Shown piece by piece: positions 1-10,391 of a stretch of DNA of 64,000 bases. The notes below the pieces were generated by a model. That model saw only the letters and a program-made list of their open reading frames with translations. It made no database searches and was not told the origin of the DNA. Positions within the stretch are counted from its first letter, which is position 1, and the number at the start of each line of letters is the position of its first letter. A program made the translations under genes and the position numbers. The stretch comes from an uncultured Gammaproteobacteria bacterium (GTDB lineage: Bacteria; Pseudomonadota; Gammaproteobacteria; CAWCPV01), in assembly GCA_963797555.1 (NCBI GenBank), contig CAWCPV010000007.1, positions 32,001 to 96,000 on the forward strand, in the 5' to 3' direction.

Positions 1-912
1 GTCCTGATGGATGCCGGACTCGTGAGCGAACGCGTTCGCGCCCACGATAGCCTTGTTGGGCTGTACCGGGAAGCCGGTGATTCCCGATACCAGGCGGCTC
101 ACGGGGACGATTTGGGTGGTATCGACCTCGACGTTGCATGGGAACACGTCACGCCGGGTACGCACTGCCATGACGACTTCCTCTAGCGCCGCGTTCCCGG
201 CACGCTCCCCCAGGCCATTGATAGTGCACTCCACTTGCCGCGCGCCGTGCAGGACAGCGGCCAACGAGTTGGCCACCGCCAGGCCCAGGTCGTTATGGCA
301 ATGCACCGAAAACACCGCCTGATCGGAATTCGGCACCCGCTCGATGAGCTGGCGAACGAGCTCGCCGAACTGCCCGGGAAGGTTGTAGCCCACGGTGTCG
401 GGGATGTTGACAGTGCGGGCTCCGGCGCCGATGACCGCCTCGATCACTCGGCACAAGAAATCGGGCTCCGACCGGCCGGCGTCCTCCGGGGAGAACTCCA
501 CGTCGTCCGTATACTGACGGGCGCGCCGCACGGCCCGCACTGCCTGCTCCAATACCTGCTCGGGCGTCATGCGTAACTTCAACTGCATGTGTATCGGCGA
601 GGTTGCGATGAAGGTGTGGATGCGAGCTGCGCCCGTTCCGCGAAGGGCTTCGGCGGCGCGCTCGATGTCCCGATCGACGGCCCGCGCGAGAGCGCAGACA
701 GCGCTGTCCTTGACTTGTGCCGCCACGGCTTGGACGGCCTCGAAGTCGCCGTTGCTGGCTACCGGAAAGCCGGCCTCGATGACATCCACGCGCATGCGTT
801 CCAGCGCCTTGGCGATGCGCACCTTCTCTTCCCGGGTCATGGAGGCGCCGGGGCTCTGCTCCCCATCCCGCAAAGTGGTATCGAAGATAATCAAACGGCT
901 GTTCCGGCTCAT
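1..912 (-). CDS. leuA: 2-isopropylmalate synthase, bacterial type (3' end runs off the window)
   Basis: Manual translation from ATG at 912: [30 protein letters not shown]...[13 protein letters not shown]...[10 protein letters not shown]...[11 protein letters not shown], the DRE-TIM IPMS motifs. Absent from the ORF track because it has no stop in the window. Confidence 0.95.
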   Translation of the reverse strand, partial: MSRNSRLIIFDTTLRDGEQSPGASMTREEKVRIAKALERMRVDVIEAGFPVASNGDFEAVQAVAAQVKDSAVCALARAVDRDIERAAEALRGTGAARIHTFIATSPIHMQLKLRMTPEQVLEQAVRAVRRARQYTDDVEFSPEDAGRSEPDFLCRVIEAVIGAGARTVNIPDTVGYNLPGQFGELVRQLIERVPNSDQAVFSVHCHNDLGLAVANSLAAVLHGARQVECTINGLGERAGNAALEEVVMAVRTRRDVFPCNVEVDTTQIVPVSRLVSGITGFPVQPNKAIVGANAFAHESGIHQD

Positions 913-1167
913 GACGTTGCTCCGTCCGGCAATGTCCGGGCCCAGACAGCCGCTGGCGTGCCTGGGGGCGGTGTAATCGAGGTGCGAGGTGAGCGACGAA
1001 CGTGCCTGCTCTTGGCAGGACAGCAGTCGCGGATTGGAATTGGATCGGTGCAGCAGCGCGGCCCACTGGGGACCCGCTGAGCCGGAATGGTTTCGGCGAG
1101 GAGAGCGATGCGCGGCGCAGCGTACGCGTGGTGCCGGGGTCTGGCCAATCCCACGCCGCCGCTGGCC

Positions 1168-2784
1168 TCATGGGGGTGCCCTCAGCACAGTCAGCATCTC
1201 GTATCCCCGATAGGGTTGCGCCTGTTCCACCTTCAGATCGGGGACCTCGGACCAGTCGCGAACAGCCATGACCAGTCGCCCACCCGGATGAGCACGAAGC
1301 CACCTCGTCGCATCCCCGACCTCGTCCAGGACATCCAGCGGCTGGCGCAGTCGTCCCACGAACTGGAACTCGCCGCGGTAATTGCCCACATACGCTAACG
1401 GGTGGCCTTCCCGTTGCAGCTTGGCCAGCCACTGTGCCGTCGGTGTAACGTCATAGTACGGCACCGCCGCACGGACCCCTCCGAGATACAGGGCAACAGC
1501 CCCCAGCACCGACGCAGCCGTCAGGGTGAGCACGCGTGTGGAGAGGCGTCCGCGCAGCCACCAGGCCAGCGCTATCCCACCGGTCACGAGCGCGCCTGCC
1601 AGGAGCGGAGACACGCGAGTAGTCCAGCCGGGAAGACCCAGACTGGGTCCCGCGTACCGAACCAGAAGCACTGCGACACCGAGCAGGATGAGGAAGAGTC
1701 CGGGCAACCATCCGTCCCTGTCGCCGAGGTCGGCAGTCTCCAAAGAGCGCCCGGCCGCCAAGGCAAAGATGGGGGCGAGCGGGACGAGATAATGGACCTG
1801 CTTGCTGCTGACCAGGGAGAGCAGCACCAGCCCCGGAATTGCACATGCCGCGCAGAAGCGCATCCCCGGGTCGCCCGCGGCGCTGCGCGCTGCAGCTCGC
1901 CAGAGGGCGGGCCAAACTGACCACGGCAGCAGGACCAAGGGCACGATCGGCAGATACCACCACCACGGGTGACGGTGGGCAGACGCCTCCATCAGCCGAT
2001 CCGCGGTCTGCCCCCAGAGAATGGTCTCGGTGTAAGGCTCACCCCCGTGCAGCGCGGCGGGAATGACCCAACAGAGTGCGATGGCGCCGCCCAGCAGGAG
2101 GCTCCAGCCGAGAGCCCGGTACCAACGGGCGCGAGGAATCGCCATTGTGCCTCCGCTCCACCAAGGCGCCAACGCCGCCGCGGGAACGGTATAGATGAGC
2201 ACGACCGGCCCCTTCGCCAGCAGGCCCAGACCGAGAGCGGTGCCACCCGCCAGCCAAGCCCCGGGAGCTGCCGAGCGCCACGCGGCGAGGAAGGCCGAGA
2301 GGGCCATCAGCACGCAACAGGTTAACAACATGTCGAACATCACCGGCGTCGCGAAGAAGACCCACAGGACAGTCCCGAGCAAGATGGCCGGGGCAAGCTC
2401 AGCCGGCCGCGTCTCTCCCGGCCACAGTTGTCGGGCCAAGCGAGCGGTCAGGATCAGGCTGGCTACGGTGAACAGTCCAGGGACCAGGCGCGGCCACAGG
2501 CTGCTCACACCGAAGACGCGCCACCCGAGACAGATGAGCCAGAACAGCAGCGGCGGTTTCTGGCTATAAGGTCGACCGTTGAGGTGGGGGATCAGCGCGT
2601 CGCCGTGCAGCCACATCTCCCACGCCACGGAGACGTACCGCGTCTCGTCCACCGGCCACAGGGGACGGACCCAGGTCGTCGTGAGCCATAGCACGAGCCA
2701 CAAAGCGAGCACCGCTCCCAGCATCCACGGCCAGGCCGCGGAGCGGGATGACGGCGCGGTCCGGAAGGACGGCTGTGGGTCCAC
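1168..2784 (-). CDS. ArnT-like GT39/GT83 membrane glycosyltransferase
   Basis: 538 aa polytopic protein; DETRY...EM, Y.QKPPL.FW, LLAKGP and SSKQ.HY motifs typical of the ArnT family. Confidence 0.88.
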   Translation of the reverse strand: MDPQPSFRTAPSSRSAAWPWMLGAVLALWLVLWLTTTWVRPLWPVDETRYVSVAWEMWLHGDALIPHLNGRPYSQKPPLLFWLICLGWRVFGVSSLWPRLVPGLFTVASLILTARLARQLWPGETRPAELAPAILLGTVLWVFFATPVMFDMLLTCCVLMALSAFLAAWRSAAPGAWLAGGTALGLGLLAKGPVVLIYTVPAAALAPWWSGGTMAIPRARWYRALGWSLLLGGAIALCWVIPAALHGGEPYTETILWGQTADRLMEASAHRHPWWWYLPIVPLVLLPWSVWPALWRAAARSAAGDPGMRFCAACAIPGLVLLSLVSSKQVHYLVPLAPIFALAAGRSLETADLGDRDGWLPGLFLILLGVAVLLVRYAGPSLGLPGWTTRVSPLLAGALVTGGIALAWWLRGRLSTRVLTLTAASVLGAVALYLGGVRAAVPYYDVTPTAQWLAKLQREGHPLAYVGNYRGEFQFVGRLRQPLDVLDEVGDATRWLRAHPGGRLVMAVRDWSEVPDLKVEQAQPYRGYEMLTVLRAPP

Positions 2785-2967
2785 GAAATGGTCTACCCGG
2801 GATCGAAGCTGCCAACTATATAATTCTGCTGGGCGTCCCGATAGCGGTGTTGTGCGACGATCGATCTTCGCCTATCGGAGTGGATAGGCACAAGCTCTGT
2901 CCCGATAGCGCCAGACCGGTTGCGCCGACCCCCACCGCGGCTGGCTTCGGCAACCGAGCCCCGCGGT

Positions 2968-3264
2968 CTAACCGCCTTGAAGCGGTGTCTGGAGCGCCTT
3001 GTCGCGGCGCTCGCGTATCACGAGGTGCAGGTTGCGCGCATAAATGAAGACGCCCGCGGCCTGGCCGACGATGAAGACCGGGTCCTGGCGGTGAACCGCA
3101 TACGTCAGCAATACGAGACCGCCGCCGAGACTGAAGTACCAGAACGCCGTCGGTATGACGCTTCGACGCAGCCGCTCGCTCTGCAACCACTGGATGAGAA
3201 AACGCGCCGAGAAAAGGGCTTGGCCGGTGAAACCCACCGCCAGCCAAAAGCCTTCAATGTTCAA
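2968..3264 (-). CDS. Lipid A biosynthesis N-terminal (LAB_N) domain membrane protein
   Basis: GF.GQALFSARFLIQWLQSE...SVIP.AFWYFSL.GG...Y...R.DPVFI.GQ..G..IY.RNL signature; probable TTG start at 3264 overlapping the upstream stop. Confidence 0.85.
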   Translation of the reverse strand: MNIEGFWLAVGFTGQALFSARFLIQWLQSERLRRSVIPTAFWYFSLGGGLVLLTYAVHRQDPVFIVGQAAGVFIYARNLHLVIRERRDKALQTPLQGG

Positions 3265-4012
3265 GGGACGGATCCTCCGTGAGGACAGCACGCGTGGACC
3301 GGCGCTGCAGCCACATCACACCCAGCAGGTCGACTATGCCGACCCAGAGCCTGTTGCGCACGCCGTAGTGTGACCTGCCGCGTGTGCGCGGACGGTGCCG
3401 CACCTCGACGGACCGGACCCGGCCGCCGCTGCGCAACATCAGCGCGGGCAGGAAGCGGTGCATGTGATCGAAGTAGGGAAGATCGAGAAAGGTGTCGCGG
3501 TGGAACAGCTTCAGCCCACAGCCCGTATCCGGTGTCCGATCCTGAAGGAGGAACGCGCGGATGCCGTTCGCGACCCGCGACGAGACCCGTCTCAGGACGG
3601 TGTCACGACGGCGGCGCCGGTAGCCCGCGATCATCTGATCGAGGGGTGCATGATCCAGATTGCCCAGCTCGCCGAGCAGCTTCGGAATGTCCCCGGGGTC
3701 GTTCTGGCCGTCCCCGTCCAGGGTGACCACCCACGGCGCGCGGGCCCCCTTTACGCCTGTGCGCAGCGCGGTGCTTTGGCCACAGCTCTGCCGGTGACCG
3801 ATCACGCGCAGCCGCGGGAACTCCACCGCCAGTGCGGCCAGCCGTGCGGCCGTGTCGTCGGTGCTGCCGTCATCGACGTACAGCACCTCGTAATCCAGCC
3901 GCCCATCCAACGCGCCTCGGATCTCCTCGACCAGCGGCGCGATGTTCTCGGCCTCGTCGCGCACTGGGACCACGACGGAAAGCTCGACGGCCCGGGTACC
4001 GGTGGAAGTCAT
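3254..4012 (-). CDS. GT2 polyprenol-phosphate glycosyltransferase (ArnC/DPM1-like)
   Basis: SVVVPV.DE, VDDGSTD, LDGDGQNDP.DI, DTGCGLK and HRFLPAL motifs. Confidence 0.9.
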   Translation of the reverse strand: MTSTGTRAVELSVVVPVRDEAENIAPLVEEIRGALDGRLDYEVLYVDDGSTDDTAARLAALAVEFPRLRVIGHRQSCGQSTALRTGVKGARAPWVVTLDGDGQNDPGDIPKLLGELGNLDHAPLDQMIAGYRRRRRDTVLRRVSSRVANGIRAFLLQDRTPDTGCGLKLFHRDTFLDLPYFDHMHRFLPALMLRSGGRVRSVEVRHRPRTRGRSHYGVRNRLWVGIVDLLGVMWLQRRSTRAVLTEDPSLEH

Positions 4013-4188
4013 GGAAACGAAGCGACGGCGTGACCAGGAGCGATCGGGCTTGCTTCCGCGCTCGCGACGACGCCCACAACCGTGACCTGGGGGAAGACTG
4101 ACATCGATCGCCCGGGGGCCGGCCTGCCCGATGGCTCCGCTCGGCGGCCCACGACCGCCGGCAACAGGAATCTATGGTGCGGACGCCC

Positions 4189-5607
4189 TCACGTGCCTCT
4201 GATGGCCGCGATCATGCCGCTCGTGGAGCAGCCGTCGATCCAGTCCAGCACCACCACGCGCCCGCCGCCCGACCGCACGCATTGGCCTCCCGCGATGGCT
4301 TCCGGGCGATAATCCCCGCCCTTGACCAGTACGTCAGGACGGACGCGGCATATCAGTCGCTCGGGCGTATCCTCCGCGAACGGCACGACCCAATCCACGG
4401 CGGACAGTCCCGCAAGGACCTCCATGCGCTGCGCCAAGGGATTCACGGGTCGACGTTGCCCCTTCAGGCGGCGCACCGAAGCATCGTCGTTGACGGCCAC
4501 AATCAACCTCTCTCCGAGGGCTCGGGCCTGCTCCAGATAGCGGACGTGGCCGGCGTGCAGGAGGTCGAAACACCCATTCGTCATGACCAGGACCTCCCCT
4601 CGCCCTCGGGCGGCCGCCGCCGCTCCAACCAGGGTCTCCTCGTCAACGACGCCCCGCGATGGCGACGCCTGCTCGGTCAGCGCGTCGTGCAACTCGTCCG
4701 GGCTGACGACGGCGGCACCGAGCTTTCCCACGACGATGCCGGCAGCCACGTTCGCCAACTGGGCGGCGCGGGCCAAGTCCTGGCCTGCTGCGAGGGACAC
4801 GGCCAACATTGCCGCGACGGTATCTCCCGCGCCGGTGACATCATACACCTCGCGGGCCCGCGCAGGCAGGTGCAGCGCCTCGCGGCCCGCGGCAAAGAGC
4901 GTCATCCCCCGCTCTCCCTGGGTGACGAGCAGGGCGTTTAGATCGATCTCCTCACGCAGCGCTTCCGCCCTGCGCCGGAGCACCTCCTCGTCATCGCAGG
5001 GGCCCACGACGGCTTCCAGCTCCGCCAGGTTCGGCGTCAGTACCGTCGCCCCCCGATAACGCCCGAAGTCCCTTCCCTTGGGGTCCACCAGCACGGGTTT
5101 CCCGGCGGCCTTCGCCATGGGGATCCAGCGTTCCACGGCCCGCAGCGTGCCTTTAGCGTAGTCGGAGAACAGCACGACATCGGCCCTCGGAAGGTGCGCG
5201 CGGAGCCGACGTTCCACAGGCGCCGGGTCGGGAAACTCGAACCCCCCTTCGAAATCCAACCGGATGAGCTGCTGGTGACGGCTCAGAACGCGCACTTTCG
5301 CGACCGTCGCACAGTGTGGGACCCGCTCCACCTGGCAATCGACGCCCACGGACTCCAGGTGTCGGCACAGCGTCGCCCCGGCCTCATCCTCCCCGACCAC
5401 GCCTATCAATGTGACGCTGGCGCCCAGGGCCGCGATGTTCAGGGCGACATTACCGGCCCCGCCAGGGCGCTCCTCCGCCCCTCGCACGTACACCACCGGA
5501 ACCGGCGCCTCGGGTGAGAGTCGCCAACTGTCGCCATGCCAGTACCGGTCGAGCATGATGTCGCCGACGACCAGGACGTGAGCGCGGGCAAACGACGGCG
5601 GGAGCAC
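4189..5607 (-). CDS. hldE: Bifunctional heptose-7-phosphate kinase / heptose-1-phosphate adenylyltransferase
   Basis: GDIMLDRYW, SPEAPVPVV, DVTGAGDTV (PfkB kinase) and TNGCFDLLHAGH (cytidylyltransferase-like) domains. Confidence 0.95.
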   Translation of the reverse strand: MLPPSFARAHVLVVGDIMLDRYWHGDSWRLSPEAPVPVVYVRGAEERPGGAGNVALNIAALGASVTLIGVVGEDEAGATLCRHLESVGVDCQVERVPHCATVAKVRVLSRHQQLIRLDFEGGFEFPDPAPVERRLRAHLPRADVVLFSDYAKGTLRAVERWIPMAKAAGKPVLVDPKGRDFGRYRGATVLTPNLAELEAVVGPCDDEEVLRRRAEALREEIDLNALLVTQGERGMTLFAAGREALHLPARAREVYDVTGAGDTVAAMLAVSLAAGQDLARAAQLANVAAGIVVGKLGAAVVSPDELHDALTEQASPSRGVVDEETLVGAAAAARGRGEVLVMTNGCFDLLHAGHVRYLEQARALGERLIVAVNDDASVRRLKGQRRPVNPLAQRMEVLAGLSAVDWVVPFAEDTPERLICRVRPDVLVKGGDYRPEAIAGGQCVRSGGGRVVVLDWIDGCSTSGMIAAIRGT

Positions 5608-5885
5608 GAGAAACGTTGGACCAAACTAAAGGTACGGCATCTTATCACAGCCCCTCGCGTCCCGCCGGGATGGACGCCAGGCGGGGGGGCGGCACCGCTA
5701 AGCGGCAGAGGTTGGCGCTCAGCAGGCTCCTGCAGAAGCGCCGTGAGCGGAGGCAGCGCTCCACCACTCTACCAGGGGCCATGACTGTACGATCTCTTGC
5801 CGGCGGGCGCCAACGAGCGGTGGCAATCGCAGGGGACACCTGAGCGCGCTTGCCTCCTCGGCGGGGTGTTTCCAATCGCGTCCGC

Positions 5886-6371
5886 TCACTCCACATACCC
5901 CAACGGCAGCTCTGTGGACTCCACCACCCGTCGCATCACGAAGCTCGAGTGTACGCCGCTCACCCCCTCGATGCGGGTGATCTTGTCGAGCAGGAACTCC
6001 TGGTAGTGATCCATGTCCGGGACTACTACCTTGAGCAGGTAGTCGGCGTCTTGGCCGGTGATCAGGTAGCACTCCTGCACCTCGGGGTACTGGCGCACCT
6101 TCACCTCGAATGCCTCGAAGCGCTCCGGGGTGTGACGGTCCATGCTGATCTGGATGATGGCGGTGAGACTGAGCCCCAGCTTGCGGCGGTCGAGCAGAGT
6201 CACGCGCTGCTGGATGATGCCGGCCTCCTCGAGCTGCTTGACCCGGCGCGAGCACGGGGAGGGCGACAGGCCGATGCGCTCGGCGAGATCCTGGTTGGTC
6301 AAGCCGCCGTCTCTCTGCAGCTCGGTGAGGATGCGCTTGTCGAAGCGGTCTAGCTTGGGCTGATCCGGCAT
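5886..6371 (-). CDS. Lrp/AsnC family transcriptional regulator
   Basis: LDRFDKRIL.ELQ.DG...LAERIGLSPSPCSRRVKQLEEAGII HTH plus RAM domain; divergent from the second leuA. Confidence 0.93.
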   Translation of the reverse strand: MPDQPKLDRFDKRILTELQRDGGLTNQDLAERIGLSPSPCSRRVKQLEEAGIIQQRVTLLDRRKLGLSLTAIIQISMDRHTPERFEAFEVKVRQYPEVQECYLITGQDADYLLKVVVPDMDHYQEFLLDKITRIEGVSGVHSSFVMRRVVESTELPLGYVE

Positions 6372-6578
6372 GTCGGGCCTCGTCGGCAAGAAAACGCTAG
6401 AGACGCTCACATTCTAGCAATACATCATCAAAGTTCACGCTAGTTCGAGTCAAATTCGCAAGGACATGCTCCGACGACTCGCCTAGACTGTAACTCAGGC
6501 CCGGCGCCTCACCACTGGCGCCTGAGCCGACAGGGGGCAACCCCCCCTGCCCGAAAACCGACACGAGACAGGTGGAAC

Positions 6579-8270
6579 ATGAGCCGCTTCGATCATCGCA
6601 AGTACCGTCCCTTTCTGCCGGTTGCCAAGCGCGACCGGCGCTGGCCGGACGGGGTCATCAGCCGGGCGCCCTCTTGGTGCAGCGTGGATCTCCGCGATGG
6701 TAACCAGGCTCTCGTCCGGCCCATGAGTGTCGAGCAAAAGATGCGCATGTTCCAGCTACTCGTGCGGCTCGGCTTCAAGGAGATCGAGGTCGGCTTTCCG
6801 GCGGCGTCCAAGCCCGACTTCGACTTCGTGCGCAAACTCATCGGCGATCGACTGATCCCCGAGGACGTGACCATCCAGGTGCTCACCCAGGCACGACCCG
6901 AGATCATCGCTCGCACCTACGAGGCACTGCGCGGAGTGCGGCGCGCCATCGTGCACGTCTACAACTCCATCAACCGGGTACAGCGGGAGCAGGTGTTTCG
7001 CCTCGACCGCGAGGGCGTGAAGGCCATCGCGGTGCACGGGGCGCAGGACGTGAAGGCCGGTGCCGCGGCCCACCCCCAAACCGAGTGGGTGTTCCAGTAC
7101 TCTCCGGAGAGCTTCAGCGGTACCGAGCTCGACTACGCCGTGGAGGTGGTCGATGCGGTAAACGCCGTGTGGCGCCCGCAGGAGGGGCAGCCCGTCATCA
7201 TCAACCTCCCTGCCACCGTGGAGATGGCGACCCCCAACGTCTTCGCCGATCAGGTCGAGTGGTTCTGTGATCGGGTCGCGCAGCGCAGCCATTTCACCGT
7301 GAGCGTGCACACCCATAACGACCGCGGCTGCGCGGTGGCAGCAGCGGAGCTCGCGGTGATGGCGGGCGCCGACCGGGTGGAGGGGACGCTGCTCGGCAAC
7401 GGCGAGCGCACCGGCAACATGGACATCGTGACCATGGCGCTGAATCTGTACTCCCAAGGCATAGACCCCAGGCTGGACCTCTCCGGGATGGGGGAGGTCG
7501 TCGAGTGTTTCACCGAGTGCACCAACATGCCGGTGCATCCGCGCCATCCCTGGGTGGGGGAGCTGGTCTACACCGCTTTCTCGGGCAGCCACCAGGACGC
7601 CATCCGCAAGGGCATGACTCATCCCCGCACGGCCGAAGGGCACTGGGAGGTGCCCTACCTCCCCATCGACCCGCGCGACCTCGGGCGACGCTACGAGGAG
7701 GTTGTGCGCATCAACAGCCAGTCCGGCAAGGGCGGCGTGGCGCACGTGCTGGAGCGCGATTACGGCCTGAGCCTGCCGCGTTGGCTCGCCCACGAGTTCA
7801 GCCAGGTCGTGCAGGCGCATGCCGAGCAGGCAGGCAGCGAGGTCGGTTCCACGCGCATCTACCGGCTATTCCGGGAGCACTACGTCTCCCCGGCAGCCGA
7901 CTGGGTGATGCACGACTATGACCTGCGCCGCGCGGGCGACGAGGTGCAGGCGGACGTCACGGTCGGCACGCAGCCATCCCGCCTGCGGCTGCATGGGCGC
8001 GGGCATGGCGTCGTCGAGGCTCTGGTGGATGCCTTGGCCCGCCAGCGCGGTGTGGAGGTCGAGGTCGAGCAGTTCGACGAGCGTGCCCTCGGGCCGGGCA
8101 CCGAGGCGGACGCCCTCGCCTGCGTGCGGGTGCGCTTGGGCGAGACGGCCGCCTCTGCGGCGGCTCTCGCCGAGGACACGGCCTCGGCGGCGTTGCAGGC
8201 GGTGCTCACCGCCGTGGGATTGGCGCTAAACAGAGGTGCCCTCGAGGCAAAGGCGGCGTCCGGAGAGTGA
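6579..8270 (+). CDS. leuA: 2-isopropylmalate synthase, yeast/actinobacterial type
   Basis: R.WP....APSWCSVDLRDGNQAL, FQYSPESF, INLPATVE, HTHNDRG, FSGSHQDAI and RINSQSGKGG motifs. Confidence 0.95.
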   Translation: MSRFDHRKYRPFLPVAKRDRRWPDGVISRAPSWCSVDLRDGNQALVRPMSVEQKMRMFQLLVRLGFKEIEVGFPAASKPDFDFVRKLIGDRLIPEDVTIQVLTQARPEIIARTYEALRGVRRAIVHVYNSINRVQREQVFRLDREGVKAIAVHGAQDVKAGAAAHPQTEWVFQYSPESFSGTELDYAVEVVDAVNAVWRPQEGQPVIINLPATVEMATPNVFADQVEWFCDRVAQRSHFTVSVHTHNDRGCAVAAAELAVMAGADRVEGTLLGNGERTGNMDIVTMALNLYSQGIDPRLDLSGMGEVVECFTECTNMPVHPRHPWVGELVYTAFSGSHQDAIRKGMTHPRTAEGHWEVPYLPIDPRDLGRRYEEVVRINSQSGKGGVAHVLERDYGLSLPRWLAHEFSQVVQAHAEQAGSEVGSTRIYRLFREHYVSPAADWVMHDYDLRRAGDEVQADVTVGTQPSRLRLHGRGHGVVEALVDALARQRGVEVEVEQFDERALGPGTEADALACVRVRLGETAASAAALAEDTASAALQAVLTAVGLALNRGALEAKAASGE

Positions 8271-8340
8271 GGCTGTCGTCGGGACAGGAAAGGCGCGGAC
8301 TCGGCGCGGGTCGACTGGGTGGAGCGTCTGTGTCACCGTC

Positions 8341-8414
8341 CCTCGCCCATCTCCATTTAATCTAATGTCTCGTCGCTGCGCTCCGCGCCCGTCGCCCCGA
8401 GGCCGCCGCGGTTC
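8341..8414. repeat. Degenerate inverted partial copy of the MITE next to copy 1
   Basis: 8365-8385 ATGTCTCGTCGCTGCGCTCCG is the exact reverse complement of 8463-8483; flanks are divergent matches. Confidence 0.7.
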
Positions 8415-8417
8415 TCA

Positions 8418-8558
8418 GAGCTTGTGAAGAAATCGTCGCGAGCGGCCCGAGAGCAAGGCGCACGGAGCGCAGCGACGAGACATATCAAGTAGATAGGCGA
8501 GGAGCGCGCACCGCGCAACGCCGCTATCGGGACGCGCAGCAGATTTATTCACAAGCTC
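8418..8558. mobile_element. MITE copy 1 (141 bp)
   Basis: Terminal IRs GAGCTTGTGAA...TTCACAAGCTC flanked on both sides by TCA; homologous to 21679-21894. Confidence 0.85.
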
Positions 8559-8839
8559 TCAGAGGCGCGTCGTGCGGGAGCCTGCCGCACCTACTGACCC
8601 GCGATGACGGCGAACCGGGGCGCAACATCGGTGCGGCACCGCGGGGGCCAGGTAAAAAAAAAGGTACACCCACTGCCAGGTCCCGCGGCCCACAACGTTC
8701 TCCTCCGCCCTGCCCGGGCAGATCGCTGGGGCAATCCCGGCGGTCACGCCGCGCGATCCGCATAGCGCTTTAAGAAAGGACTTGCGTTTGCTGGAACTTC
8801 GCCTAAAATCCGAGGAACCTCTCGTAAGGCTAGGTGCGG

Positions 8840-10118
8840 ATGATGCGTTTCGCTGCCTTGGTGATCCCGATAGGTATGCTTGCCGTCCTCGGCGGCTGTG
8901 CCTCGAATCCTCCCGCCGTTTCCTCAGGCGAACGTCCAACCGAGCCACCGGCCAACGCGGCGGTGGCGCAGGCACCGGAGGCGGCAAGGGTCGAGGGTAT
9001 CTCCGCCGCGCGTCATCGTGCCGTCGGGGCCTACGCCGCGGCGGCGCTGACCGGGGACTACGCCGCTTATCCTGCCGCCGGGGATCTCATCGGCCGTCTG
9101 GTGAAAGAGCAGGGTTTCGAGCGGGATTATCTCTACGGCCTGTTCTCCCGCGTCGAGCGCCAGCAGTGGATCCTCGACTACGTCGACCGCCCGACGCACG
9201 AGGCCGCCAAGGGACCGCCGCGCGGCTGGAAGCGTTACCGGGCGAAGTTTCTCACCGATGGAGATGATCGAGCAGGGCGTGCGCTTCTGGCGCGAGCACG
9301 CCGACGCGCTGGATCGGGCCCATGTCCGTTACGGCGTGCCGCCCGAATACGTCATCGCCATCATCGGCGTCGAGAGCCACTATGGCGCCAACGTCGGCAC
9401 GCACCGCGTCATCGACGCCCTCGCCACCCTGGCTTTCGATTATCCCCGCCGAGCGGACTTCTTCGGGAACGAGCTGCTGGAATTCCTGGTGATGGCGCGT
9501 GACGAGGGCTTCGACCCCTTGGAGCCCGTAGGCTCCTACGCCGGCGCCATGGGACTGGGTCAGTTCCTGCCCAGCAGCTTCCATCGCTTCGCCGTGGACT
9601 TTGACGGCGACGGGCGGCGCGACCTCTGGAACCCAGTGGATGCGATAGGCAGCGTCGCGAACTACTTCAGCGAGCAGGGCTGGCGCGGCGAAGAGGCCGT
9701 GGCCGTCGCGGCCGCGGCGCACGGGAGCGCGGCGCACGCTCTGGAGGCGGACTATACGACCAGCTACAGCCTGGACATGCTGGCCGCGAACGGCGTGACC
9801 GCCCACCTACCGGTGGACGGCTCCGGGGAAGTGAGCCTCCTGCGTCTGGATACCGTCGGGGGATACGAGTACTGGCTGGGGCTGCACAACTTCTACGTGA
9901 TCACCCGATATAATCACAGCACTTACTATGCGATGGCCGTGCACCAGCTCGCGCAGGCCATACGGGCGCGCGGGGACCGCCTCGACAAGCCCATTCTGAC
10001 GCTCTCCCATAAGACACCTCAACAGCTAAAGGTGTCGACCGCATCCCGGCGGATCACTCCTCGCCGGGGCAGTGCACGCGCTCGGGGTCTGGCGGCGCGA
10101 TCCCCAGAGACGGCATAA
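8840..10118 (+). CDS. mltB: Lytic murein transglycosylase B (lipoprotein); +1 frameshift near 9259
   Basis: Lipobox LGGC; AIIGVES.YG, GSYAGAMG.GQF.PSS, AVDFDGDG..DLW and NFYVITRYNHS.YYAMAV motifs, split over two frames. Confidence 0.9.
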
Positions 10119-10391
10119 CAGGCCCGCTCGCCGTTCGGCGGACCTGCCGGGTCGCGTCCGTCATCTTCGCTTCGGGGAACCGCTGCGTCGCCCGGTCAAG
10201 GACGATCGCCCTTGTTCAAGCGGATGGATGCGACCAGGGAGCGGGTCCGGACCCAAGTATCATGGGAGCCGGCGATCTGAGCACGCGCATCGAGCCAGAC
10301 AGATGCGAGCGTACAGCCAAGCTCGAAGGCGATCGGTGTGTGGTCAGGAAAGCTTTCCGACAAGCACGGGATTTTGGAAGGGAGGAGTGTC

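Noticed and set aside
5645-5896. 83-aa ORF between lrp and hldE
   Set aside because: Arg/Pro-rich low-complexity translation with no RBS or motif; probably spurious.
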